Shown here in pieces: positions 17,699-26,421 of a DNA stretch of 47,201 bases (the stretch's first letter is position 1; each line of letters opens with the position of its first letter). The stretch spans positions 291,700-338,900 of the forward strand of contig JAVZJR010000001.1 of NCBI GenBank assembly GCA_038870635.1, read 5' to 3'. The translations under genes and the position numbers were made by a program. The stretch comes from Candidatus Bilamarchaeaceae archaeon. GTDB lineage: Archaea > Micrarchaeota > Micrarchaeia > Anstonellales > Bilamarchaeaceae. The notes below the pieces were generated by a model. That model was not told the DNA's origin. It saw only the letters and a program-made list of their open reading frames with translations, and did not search any database.

Positions 17699-18784
17699 AT
17701 GGTAAGCATCGCAACGTTGGGTAGTCATTCGGCTTTGGATGTTAGCGAAGGAGCAAAAGAAGAAGGTTTTAGGTCTATTGTTGTTTGCCAGAGAGGAAGA
17801 GAAAAAACATATATGAAATACTACAAGGTTAGACAGCGAAACGATGGTGAGGTCGGTATCATAGATGATATCCTCGTTCTTGATAAATTCAAAGACATTG
17901 TTAAAGAACAAAACCAAAAAGAGCTTTTAGATAAAGAAGCAATATTCGTACCTAACCGCTCATTTGCTGTGTATGTTGGCTATGATGCAATAGAAAATGA
18001 CTTTCGCGTTCCTGTTTTCGGCAATAAATATCTTCTTCGAGCAGAAGAGCGTGATGTTGAAAAGAACCAGTATTACCTAATGAAAAAAGCAGGCATTCGT
18101 TATCCAAGTGAGATAAAATCACCGAAAGAGATAGATAAGCTTTGTATTGTTAAAGTAAGCGAGGCAAAGAGAACTTATGAACGTGCATTTTTTTTAGTTT
18201 CCAGTTATGAAGAGTATGTAGAGAAGAGTAGAGAGATGCTTGCAGAAGGTAAGATAAGCGAAGCTGGATTAAAAAAAGCAAAAATAGAAGAGTATGTCGT
18301 CGGTGCTTACTTTAATCTTAACTTCTTTTTTTCACCTTTGAACAACGAACTTGAATTATTAGGAATAGATATGCGAAGACAGACGAACTTAGATGGCTTT
18401 TTACGATTGCCAGCAGATCAACAAAACGAACTCTTAAAATATATGCAACCATCAACAATTGAGGTTGGTCATGTCGCATGTACCTTACGCGAATCACTTT
18501 TAGAACAAGCTTTTGAAATAGGAGAGAAATTTGTAGATGCGGTTAACAAAACTTACAAAAATGGTATCATAGGTCCATTTGCTTTGCAGGGCGCGATAGA
18601 AGAAAGAGACGGAGAGCATTTCGTTTGTTTTGACGTTTCGCTTAGGATGCCTGGCTCTCCTGGCACTCGTTTCACACCATACTCATCCTATCTTTTCAGA
18701 AAAAGCATCAGCTTCGGTAGACGAATAGCAATGGAAGTGAAGCAAGCACAAAAAGAAAATAAGATGGATCTTATTACTACCTGA
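17699..18784 (+). CDS. PurP-family ATP-grasp protein (paralog 1)
   Basis: ATLGSHSALD..EGAK.EGF, PNRSF.VY, RESLLE, GPF.LQ and DVS.R.PGSPG motifs. Confidence 0.9.
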   Translation: MVSIATLGSHSALDVSEGAKEEGFRSIVVCQRGREKTYMKYYKVRQRNDGEVGIIDDILVLDKFKDIVKEQNQKELLDKEAIFVPNRSFAVYVGYDAIENDFRVPVFGNKYLLRAEERDVEKNQYYLMKKAGIRYPSEIKSPKEIDKLCIVKVSEAKRTYERAFFLVSSYEEYVEKSREMLAEGKISEAGLKKAKIEEYVVGAYFNLNFFFSPLNNELELLGIDMRRQTNLDGFLRLPADQQNELLKYMQPSTIEVGHVACTLRESLLEQAFEIGEKFVDAVNKTYKNGIIGPFALQGAIEERDGEHFVCFDVSLRMPGSPGTRFTPYSSYLFRKSISFGRRIAMEVKQAQKENKMDLITT

Positions 18785-19442
18785 GTAGTTTTATAAAAAA
18801 ATCAACTTTTTTATTCACAAAATTTTTTATTTTTAAATCCGTTTTGCAGCCTCCTTTTTCTACATCAAAAGGAGCTTCCAGTGCAACTACTTTCATTTTT
18901 GCTGCTTTTGCAGCAAGACAACCTGAGAGTGAATCTTCAAAAGCAATGCAATCAGTAGGAGATATATTTAGTTTTTTTGCAGCAACTAAATAACATTCAG
19001 GGTCTGGTTTTCTTTTTTCGTAATCTTCTCGGCCAACCACAATATCAAAATAATTATCTAATTTTAATATTGATAGCGCTACTTTTATGTTTTCTTTGTG
19101 GCCACCTGAAACTATCGCTGTTTTTATATTTCTTTTTTTTACTTCCTGAAGAAATTTTTCTATTCCTTCTTTTAGTTGTAGTTTTCCTTCCAGTATTCTT
19201 TTTTGGAATAAATCTCTTCTTTCGTCAACATATTTTTTTATTATGTTTTCGTCTTTTATTCCAATTTCACCAAGCAATGTTTTCATTATGTGAGGGCTTC
19301 CTACACCTACAAATTCCCTATACCATCGCTCATCACTTATCTCTATTCCGAGGGGTTTAACTATCTCTCTGAATGTCTCTAGGTGAAGTGGTTCTGATTC
19401 AACCACCACGCCGTCAAAATCAAACAAGAATCCTATTTCCAT
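18777..19442 (-). CDS. HAD-superfamily phosphatase (beta-PGM/CbbY-like)
   Basis: FDFDGV, KPDPE and FEDS..G motifs. Confidence 0.92.
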   Translation of the reverse strand: MEIGFLFDFDGVVVESEPLHLETFREIVKPLGIEISDERWYREFVGVGSPHIMKTLLGEIGIKDENIIKKYVDERRDLFQKRILEGKLQLKEGIEKFLQEVKKRNIKTAIVSGGHKENIKVALSILKLDNYFDIVVGREDYEKRKPDPECYLVAAKKLNISPTDCIAFEDSLSGCLAAKAAKMKVVALEAPFDVEKGGCKTDLKIKNFVNKKVDFFIKLLR

Positions 19443-19475
19443 TTAATCATCTTTTGAATAAAAATAAAGAAAATA

Positions 19476-20267
19476 TTAACCTTCTCTGTTCTTTTTGGCG
19501 GTAAATCCTTTTAAAGCCTCTAAAAGTTCTACCGGTGTCAAAACTACAATTGTGTTGCTCTGATCCGCAGAAACATCACTAATCGTCTGTAATGTTCTGA
19601 GATGTAATGCGCCAGGAACCGAGCTTAATTTCTTTGCAGCCTCAGCAAGATTGGCGGAAGCTATTTTTTCACCTTCTGATATAATTATGGTTGCCCTTTT
19701 TTCTCTTTCAGCCTCAGCTTGTCTTGCCATCGCTCTTTTCATATCTTGTGGCAATTCTATATCTTGTATTTTAATAGCAGTTATGTCAACACCCCAACTC
19801 GAGGTTTCCTTATCCACAATTGTCTTTATTTCATTTGCTATATCATCTCTTTCTGTAAGCACAAAATCCAGTTCTTTATTACCTATTACATCTCTGAGTG
19901 CAGTTTGACCATATTGTGCAACTGCATAAGTATAATCTTCAATCTCAAGCACTGCTTTCTTTGGGTCTTCTATTTTAAAGTAAACAACAGCGTTTACTCC
20001 GACAGGTACATTATCTTTAGTCATAACCTCTTGCCTTGGGATATCCACAGTTTTGATTCTTGTATCTACTATTCTCATAGTCTGTATGAATGGAATAATT
20101 ATCCTGATGCCAGGATTTACTACACCGCTGAATCGTCCCAAGGTAAACAATATCCCTCTTTGGTATTCATAAATTATACGAATTGAACTTACTAAGACAA
20201 CAACTAGCATGAATGCGAATGGTAATCCACAAATTCCAAATGTTGCTACTATATCTTCAAGCGCCAT
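19476..20267 (-). CDS. SPFH/band 7 (stomatin/slipin) protein
   Basis: N-terminal TM, TKDNV, QTALR.VIG, AMA.QAEAERE.RA and LR.LQT motifs. Confidence 0.94.
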   Translation of the reverse strand: MALEDIVATFGICGLPFAFMLVVVLVSSIRIIYEYQRGILFTLGRFSGVVNPGIRIIIPFIQTMRIVDTRIKTVDIPRQEVMTKDNVPVGVNAVVYFKIEDPKKAVLEIEDYTYAVAQYGQTALRDVIGNKELDFVLTERDDIANEIKTIVDKETSSWGVDITAIKIQDIELPQDMKRAMARQAEAEREKRATIIISEGEKIASANLAEAAKKLSSVPGALHLRTLQTISDVSADQSNTIVVLTPVELLEALKGFTAKKNREG

Positions 20268-20356
20268 AGCTTCATATCTCTATATAAAAATAAAAAACAT
20301 TTGTTATCTTTCGTTTACCGCTAGAATTAAAAACCCTATTACTAATATAAAAAAAT

Positions 20357-20470
<114 letters not shown>

Positions 20471-20478
20471 TTTATTTG

Positions 20479-20709
20479 TTCTTACTGTTTTCTTGGCTTC
20501 TTACTGTTTTCTCTGTATTTCTAATGTTTTCTATGTGCCGTTACTCCGGTTTTCAGCGGTGCCGGCAGGGGTTTTTATGTTTTCTCCTATTTTCTTGACT
20601 TCTTACTGTTTTCTCTGTTATACTTAATGTTTTCTATGTGCGGTGGACTTATGTTTTCATCGGCCACCGCAGCCGTCTTATGTTTTCTCCTATTTTCTTG
20701 GCTTCTTAC
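20479..20709. repeat. 103-bp-period array: ~67-bp T-rich conserved blocks separated by two distinct 36-nt hairpin inserts
   Basis: TTATGTTTTCTCCTATTTTCTTG at 20575 and 20678; CTATGTGC at 20531 and 20634; TTTTCTTGRCTTCTTAC at 20488, 20590 and 20693. Inserts are at 20539-20574 and 20642-20677. Confidence 0.85.
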
Positions 20710-20905
20710 GAAGCCTTTGACTTCTGTGTTACAAGGGCAAAGGCTTACGCTCACCCAAACCCTAAAGTATTCTACCGGTTATTTTTATTTTTTTACGAAG
20801 CCTTTGACTTCTGTGTTACAAGGGCAAAGGCTTACGCTCACCCAAACCCTGAGGTATTCTACCGGTTATTTTTATTTTTTTACGAAGCCTTTGACTTCTG
20901 TGTTA
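20706..20905. repeat. 87-bp tandem repeat (2.3 copies) containing an AAGCCTTTG/CAAAGGCTT hairpin
   Basis: Units start at 20706, 20793 and 20880 (partial). Copies 1 and 2 differ at two bases (CCCTAAAG vs CCCTGAGG). Confidence 0.92.
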
Positions 20906-20911
20906 TAATTG

Positions 20912-20954
20912 TGTAAACGTCTATACGTTTACAGCTCGATAGCATAGCTATCGA
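20912..20954. other. Two adjacent perfect palindromic hairpins (possible bidirectional terminator or processing site)
   Basis: TGTAAACGT-CTAT-ACGTTTACA (20912-20933) and TCGATAGC-ATA-GCTATCGA (20936-20954), 8 nt from the pyrK stop. Confidence 0.6.
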
Positions 20955-20962
20955 TGGTTTCT

Positions 20963-21739
20963 TTATATGGATATCTTTCTTCCTGTTGCATCTCTTTTAT
21001 AACTTCCAAAATCAGGTATTTTGAGTAATGTTTTTTTGTCAAAAATAGGTCCGTCTGCGCACACACGATAAGGTCCAAACATGCATGAGCCGCAAATTCC
21101 TAATCCACATTTCATATATCTTTCTAAGCTTGCCTCTGCTTCTATCCCAAATTCATCTGCTTTTCTTATTACAGCAGCCATCATTTTTTCTGGTCCGCAA
21201 GTGTATATCCTATCTATTTTTTTTAGATCGATCTTTTCCATCGCTGCCAATACGTTGCCTTTTATACCCTCACTCCCATCATCAGTGGTTATTATTAACT
21301 CATCTACAACCTCTCTTAATTTCTTTTCATAAAAAAGGTTGTTTTTAGAGCGTGCGCCAAATACAAATTTTATACTCTTACATTCTGTTTTTTGCGCAAG
21401 AAAATAAAGCGGCACCACACCTGTACCGCCACCTATAAGGAGGATGTTTTCGCTTTTTTCTGGTTTTGTAAAACCATTTCCAAATGGCCCTCTAAATGAT
21501 AACAAATCCCCTTTTTTAAGTTTTTTAATTTCATTTGTAAACTCACCAACATGCGCAACAGTTATTGTTAAAGGGTCGTCTTTTGCTATGCCCATCGGTC
21601 TCTCTCCAACTTGAGGTAACCATATCATTATGAATTGCCCTGGTTTTGCCCTTATTTTATAATCAATAGAATAGCTTGTTATGTTATCATTTTCTTTCTC
21701 TACTTCGTTTATTTTAGCCGTGATAACATTATCTTTCAT
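20963..21739 (-). CDS. pyrK: Dihydroorotate dehydrogenase electron-transfer subunit
   Basis: PGQF.M.W, RGPFGNGF, GGG.G..P, CGPE.MM and MKCG.GICGSC...C.DGPIF motifs; overlaps pyrD. Confidence 0.93.
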   Translation of the reverse strand: MKDNVITAKINEVEKENDNITSYSIDYKIRAKPGQFIMIWLPQVGERPMGIAKDDPLTITVAHVGEFTNEIKKLKKGDLLSFRGPFGNGFTKPEKSENILLIGGGTGVVPLYFLAQKTECKSIKFVFGARSKNNLFYEKKLREVVDELIITTDDGSEGIKGNVLAAMEKIDLKKIDRIYTCGPEKMMAAVIRKADEFGIEAEASLERYMKCGLGICGSCMFGPYRVCADGPIFDKKTLLKIPDFGSYKRDATGRKISI

Positions 21740-22643
21740 GAGCAATCCCCTTTATTTCTTCTATTTTTTTATATCCGTGGTCATGGAGCCATCTTTTCAT
21801 TTCTAATGAAATTTTTTTGAAAACTTTCGTCGTTCTGTAATAGATTCCACTTCCAACACCTATCGCCGTTGCTCCCGCCATTATGTACTCTATTGCATCT
21901 TCGCCACTTACAACCCCGCCTGTGGCTATTATAGGTATACCGACAGCTTCGTAGATATCGTACACGCATCGCATAGTTATTGGTTTTATAGCAGGTCCAC
22001 TCAGCCCACCTCTGCCAAAACCAAGAATCGGCTTTTTTCTTTCTATGTCTATTTTCATTCCAGGCCCTATCGTATTACCCATGTTTATTGCATCTGCACC
22101 TGCTCTTTCGGCAGCCTTTGCAGCTGCTACTTCACCAGGCGCAGAAGGAGATAATTTTATTATAAGTGGTATTTTTGTTTTTTCTTTTATTTTATTTACT
22201 ACTTTTTCAACAAAATCCGGTCCTGTTTGGTCTGCCATTAAGCCATAACCAGGTGTGTGCGGACAGGAAATGGCAGCCTCTATTGCAGTCGGTGCAAAAC
22301 GAGTTTGCTCTATTTTTTCTGCGAGTAGGCTGAACTCCTCAACATTTTTACCTGTTATGCTTAATATAAGTGGCTCCTCTCTTTTCCAATTTGAGAATTC
22401 TTTTATTCCTTCTTCTATACCAGGGTTTGGATAACCCATAGCGTTTAGTAATCCACATTCAACCTCTATTATGTTTGGGCCAGGATGTCCGCTACGTGGT
22501 TCAAGCGTAAGTGATTTTGTAGTTACAGCACCCGCTCCTTCTTCAGCTATCCTTTCAAGGCTTTCTAATGTAGTGCTGAGCACTCCTGATGCAAGCACAG
22601 TAGGATTTTTCCACTTCTTTCCTAATAATTCTATTTCTATCAT
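21729..22643 (-). CDS. pyrD: Dihydroorotate dehydrogenase (family 1B) catalytic subunit
   Basis: KNP..LASG, TKS, NAMG..NPG, SCPH, KLSP and GGLSG.AIKP motifs. Confidence 0.95.
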   Translation of the reverse strand: MIEIELLGKKWKNPTVLASGVLSTTLESLERIAEEGAGAVTTKSLTLEPRSGHPGPNIIEVECGLLNAMGYPNPGIEEGIKEFSNWKREEPLILSITGKNVEEFSLLAEKIEQTRFAPTAIEAAISCPHTPGYGLMADQTGPDFVEKVVNKIKEKTKIPLIIKLSPSAPGEVAAAKAAERAGADAINMGNTIGPGMKIDIERKKPILGFGRGGLSGPAIKPITMRCVYDIYEAVGIPIIATGGVVSGEDAIEYIMAGATAIGVGSGIYYRTTKVFKKISLEMKRWLHDHGYKKIEEIKGIAHER

Positions 22644-22691
22644 CAAAATTCTTTGAAAGCATATATTAATTAATCTCGCTCCTAATTAATT

Positions 22692-23309
22692 ATGGTTGAA
22701 CTAATTGCTGCAATCCTATCAAAAACACCAGAAGATATGCTGAAGAAACTTTCCTTAGTGAAGCCTTACTTAAAAACAGTACAACTAGATATGATGGACG
22801 GCAAGTTTGTTCCCAACACCACCCTAAGCGTTAGCGAGCTTCCTCCTCTTGACCGTTATTTTAATTATGAGTTTCATTGGATGTACGAGAATCCAGAAAG
22901 TGGTATTGCATATTTTCCCAATGATTTGCATTTCGTAAATGTGGAAATACTCACAAAAGAAAGATGGTTGCGAATAAAAAAACTTGTAAAAAAAGTTGGC
23001 CTAACAATAAATCCTCCTACTCCTTTTGATGCGTTATTACCATATATCAATGAAACAAATGAATTTCTTATTATGACCGTTAATCCAGGTTTTTCAGGCC
23101 AAAAATACATAAAAGAATGTGAAGAAAAAATAAAGAGGTTGCGCAAACTAAGACCGGACGCAAACATAGAAGTCGATGGCGGTATAGATTCATCTACTGC
23201 AAAAAGCGCAGTAGCCGCCGGGGCCAATAAATTAGTTGCAGCCTCTGCCATTTTTAGCAGAAATAGTATTAAAGAAGGTATCGATAATATATTATCATCA
23301 TTAAAATGA
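22692..23309 (+). CDS. rpe: Ribulose-phosphate 3-epimerase
   Basis: D.MDG.FVPN, MTVNPGFSGQ and EVDGGI motifs; lies upstream of transketolase. Confidence 0.88.
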   Translation: MVELIAAILSKTPEDMLKKLSLVKPYLKTVQLDMMDGKFVPNTTLSVSELPPLDRYFNYEFHWMYENPESGIAYFPNDLHFVNVEILTKERWLRIKKLVKKVGLTINPPTPFDALLPYINETNEFLIMTVNPGFSGQKYIKECEEKIKRLRKLRPDANIEVDGGIDSSTAKSAVAAGANKLVAASAIFSRNSIKEGIDNILSSLK

Positions 23310-23313
23310 GGCG

Positions 23314-24183
23314 GTGGATAGGATGGTATTATTCAAGAAAATAACTAGTATTAAGAAGCTTAAATTAGTGGCGAATACTATTCGTCAGGATGTAGTGAAA
23401 ATGCTTTTAGAGGCCGGTTCTGGTCATACTGCTGGTTCCCTCAGTCTTGCAGACATATTTGCTGCGCTTTATTTTAATGTTCTTTATCATGATCCTGAAA
23501 ACCCTCAATGGGAAGGGCGCGATCGTTTTGTTGTCTCAAATGGGCATATCGCTCCTGTTCTCTACGCCGCACTAGCTAATGCAGGTTATTTTCCTAAAGA
23601 GGAACTATTTACTCTTAGAAAACTGGGGAGCAGATTGCAAGGTCATCCTCACCGAGGAAGTCTTCCAGGTATAGAAAATTCTTCTGGACCACTCGGCCAA
23701 GGTTTATCACAGGCAGTTGGCATGGCAATAGTTGCAAAGACTGAAAAGAAAAAATGGCGTGTATATTGTCTTGTATCTGATGGTGAGCTTCAGGAGGGCC
23801 AAACTTGGGAAGCAGTTATGTTAGCTAATAAATATCGTTTGGGCAATCTTACTGTTATCGTTGATCGCAATAATATTCAAATTGATGGATATACAGAGGA
23901 AGTTATGCCTTTAGAACCTTTGGCAGAAAAATTCAGGGCTTTTGGTTGGAATGTTATTGACATAGACGGCCATAATATAAAGAAAATAATAGATGCTTGC
24001 GAAGAGAGCAAAGCAGTATTTGAGAAACCGACTGCAATCATTGCCCATACCGTGCCTGGCAAACCCATATCTTTTATGGAATTCCTTAGTGAATGGCATG
24101 GAAAACCACCAGCAAAAGAACAGGCAGCAGCTGCTCTTGCAGAACTTGAAAGAGAAAGAAATATGATAATGGAGGAGGAGTAA
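23314..24183 (+). CDS. Transketolase N-terminal subunit
   Basis: SGH..GSLS, RDRFV.S.GH, LQGHP, G.LGQG and DGE.QEG...DRN ThDP motif. Confidence 0.94.
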   Translation: MDRMVLFKKITSIKKLKLVANTIRQDVVKMLLEAGSGHTAGSLSLADIFAALYFNVLYHDPENPQWEGRDRFVVSNGHIAPVLYAALANAGYFPKEELFTLRKLGSRLQGHPHRGSLPGIENSSGPLGQGLSQAVGMAIVAKTEKKKWRVYCLVSDGELQEGQTWEAVMLANKYRLGNLTVIVDRNNIQIDGYTEEVMPLEPLAEKFRAFGWNVIDIDGHNIKKIIDACEESKAVFEKPTAIIAHTVPGKPISFMEFLSEWHGKPPAKEQAAAALAELERERNMIMEEE

Positions 24184-25146
24184 ATGATTATAGATGACAT
24201 AACAAAGCCGAAGGATTTTAAACCAACAAGAGAAGGGGTTGGGGTTGCACTTGCTGAAATAGGCGAGAAGAATAAGGATTTGTGGGTCCTTTGCGCTGAT
24301 GTCACCGAATCAACAAGGATGCACCATTTTGCAGAAAAATTTCCAAAAAGATTTGTTCAAGTTGGGGTTGCCGAACAAAATTTGGCAGGCGCAGCGGCAG
24401 GTATTGCAGCAACAGGAAAGACTGCTGTTATCTCTGCGTATGGTGTCTTCTCACCAGGTAGGAATTGGGATCAGATAAGAGTTTCGATTTGCTACAACGA
24501 TGTTGATGTTAAGATTCACGCATCTCATACTGGTCTTAATGTTGGGCCAGATGGCGCTTCTCATCAAGCATTAGAGGATATAGCAATGGTGCGTGTTCTT
24601 CCAAACATTGTTGTCCTGTCTCCTGCCGATTACCTCCAAGCAAAAAAGGCAACCTATGCTGCAATAGAGAAAAAAGGACCAGTTTACATAAGAACTGCTC
24701 GTGAGAAATCGGCTATTTTCACTACAGAAGACACTCCTTTTGAAATAGGAAAAGCAAACGTTTATATGGAAGGAGACGACGTTGCCATACTTGCTCACGG
24801 GATGGTGGTTTACGAGGCATTACTTGCTGCCCAAAAATTAAAAGCAGAAGGAATATCAGCAGCTGTTATAGATGTTTGTTCAATAAAACCTCTTGATAAG
24901 GATACTATCATAAAATATGCTAAAAAAACAGGTTTTGTTTTTACTGTTGAGGAACACCAAGTTTACGGTGGAATGGGTTCTGCTGTTGCTGAACTGCTTT
25001 CTCAATGTTGTCCAACTAGAATGAAAATTCATGGAATATACGATCGCTTCTGTGAATCTGGAAACTTGAAGGAACTTTTTAGAAAATACGAGCTTGATGC
25101 TGATGGTATTTTTAAGAACATAAAAATTTCTTTAAAAGAAAGGTGA
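24184..25146 (+). CDS. Transketolase C-terminal subunit
   Basis: GVAEQN, GPDGASHQALED, KPLD and EEH...GG.GS motifs. Confidence 0.94.
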   Translation: MIIDDITKPKDFKPTREGVGVALAEIGEKNKDLWVLCADVTESTRMHHFAEKFPKRFVQVGVAEQNLAGAAAGIAATGKTAVISAYGVFSPGRNWDQIRVSICYNDVDVKIHASHTGLNVGPDGASHQALEDIAMVRVLPNIVVLSPADYLQAKKATYAAIEKKGPVYIRTAREKSAIFTTEDTPFEIGKANVYMEGDDVAILAHGMVVYEALLAAQKLKAEGISAAVIDVCSIKPLDKDTIIKYAKKTGFVFTVEEHQVYGGMGSAVAELLSQCCPTRMKIHGIYDRFCESGNLKELFRKYELDADGIFKNIKISLKER

Positions 25147-25259
25147 ATTCTTGCTTCTTGATAAATTTGATGAAAATTTTCGATAATAAAAATGCTGGCC
25201 AAGGAGCGCTACTTTACCATTCATATTATTTTTTATATTGGAAAGTTATTATAAATCAA

Positions 25260-26420
25260 TTATAAAAAAATTCTAAAAAGGAGTAGGAGAGTTGGTACGA
25301 CAACCGCGCCCATCAGTTGCGTGCGCTCGACATTTAATTGAAGTGTAAGCCACCCGAGAATACCTCCCAACACCATTATCATTAGCCCTACCCATCCATC
25401 AATAAGAAAGCAAACTATTGCTATGTATGCTATTAGCACGCCTGCAATTAAAGGGGAGTTTAAAGTTGCCATTACACTGATGTTTTTCCTTAAACAATAC
25501 AAAATTGTCGCCGCTACAATCAATCCAAAAAAGAAAAGTACTGCAAAGAAAAACGGTTGCTGGGATACGTCAGTTATTTTTGAAAGCCAAGCAGTGGTGC
25601 CTATTCTTGCCTTTTCTATCGTTGCCGCTGTCGCAAATGAAAACATGGCCTGCGACACACCAACCGCACTAATCAAACTTAGATATTCTAACGGTTCAAG
25701 AAATATGAGAATACCTACAAAAAGCGCAATTTGAGCGGGCGAGCTTATTCCAGGCAAAAGATCTGCTAAAAACCCAAGTAAAACGCCAAGAAAGATATAT
25801 GGTATTATTTTTCTTTCTAATGCCTCTTCTTTTTCCTGTTTTGGTAATTTTGTTTTTGTGATGTTAACCAAAGACGCAAGAGCGAACATACCCGAGAATA
25901 GAGGGAGAAAAGGATCAGGCAACATCATATGGAAAGAGTAAAATCCAAGTAAACCAGCGGCCGCAAATACCACAGCAGCTATAAGTGGTTTTTTACTTTT
26001 TACTATCATTAAAACTGCGAGCAGGAGAACAATGTATTTTATGTAATCACTGAGCATTACATAGATTTGAGGATAAAACCAAAGGGCAGGCTCAAAAAGA
26101 GTAAGGGAAACCGCAGCGGCTAATACCATAGATATCAGAGATATGCGTAATGCAGTCAGGCCTCTTCCAGCAAGTGTTAGTTTTTGACCAGGCAATATAC
26201 TTACTACAACGCTTTCGTCGGGTATACCAAAAAATATTGCGAGAATAAAAGATGCAACAATATTAACTGAGGCCATCCCTACTAATAGAAGTGCTTTTTC
26301 ATCTTCTAAAAAAGTTGTTTGTGCAAGCAGACTGGCTACGAGATTGGGATGAATTCCTGGCAAAAAACCAGTAAGCAAACCCAACAGAATGCCAGCAAGA
26401 AAAATTATTATAAGTCCCAT
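25260..26420 (-). CDS. TctA/DUF112-family membrane protein
   Basis: G..LG..TG..PGIH.N, IF.G.P and S.LPG motifs, internally repeated LLPGISS, multiple TMs. Confidence 0.82.
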   Translation of the reverse strand: MGLIIIFLAGILLGLLTGFLPGIHPNLVASLLAQTTFLEDEKALLLVGMASVNIVASFILAIFFGIPDESVVVSILPGQKLTLAGRGLTALRISLISMVLAAAVSLTLFEPALWFYPQIYVMLSDYIKYIVLLLAVLMIVKSKKPLIAAVVFAAAGLLGFYSFHMMLPDPFLPLFSGMFALASLVNITKTKLPKQEKEEALERKIIPYIFLGVLLGFLADLLPGISSPAQIALFVGILIFLEPLEYLSLISAVGVSQAMFSFATAATIEKARIGTTAWLSKITDVSQQPFFFAVLFFFGLIVAATILYCLRKNISVMATLNSPLIAGVLIAYIAIVCFLIDGWVGLMIMVLGGILGWLTLQLNVERTQLMGAVVVPTLLLLFRIFL

Positions 26421-26421
26421 A

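Noticed and set aside
20479..20709. Canonical CRISPR array
   Set aside because: Repeats are ~67 bp and non-palindromic, there are only two inserts, the inserts share internal motifs and carry the hairpin, and no cas operon is adjacent.
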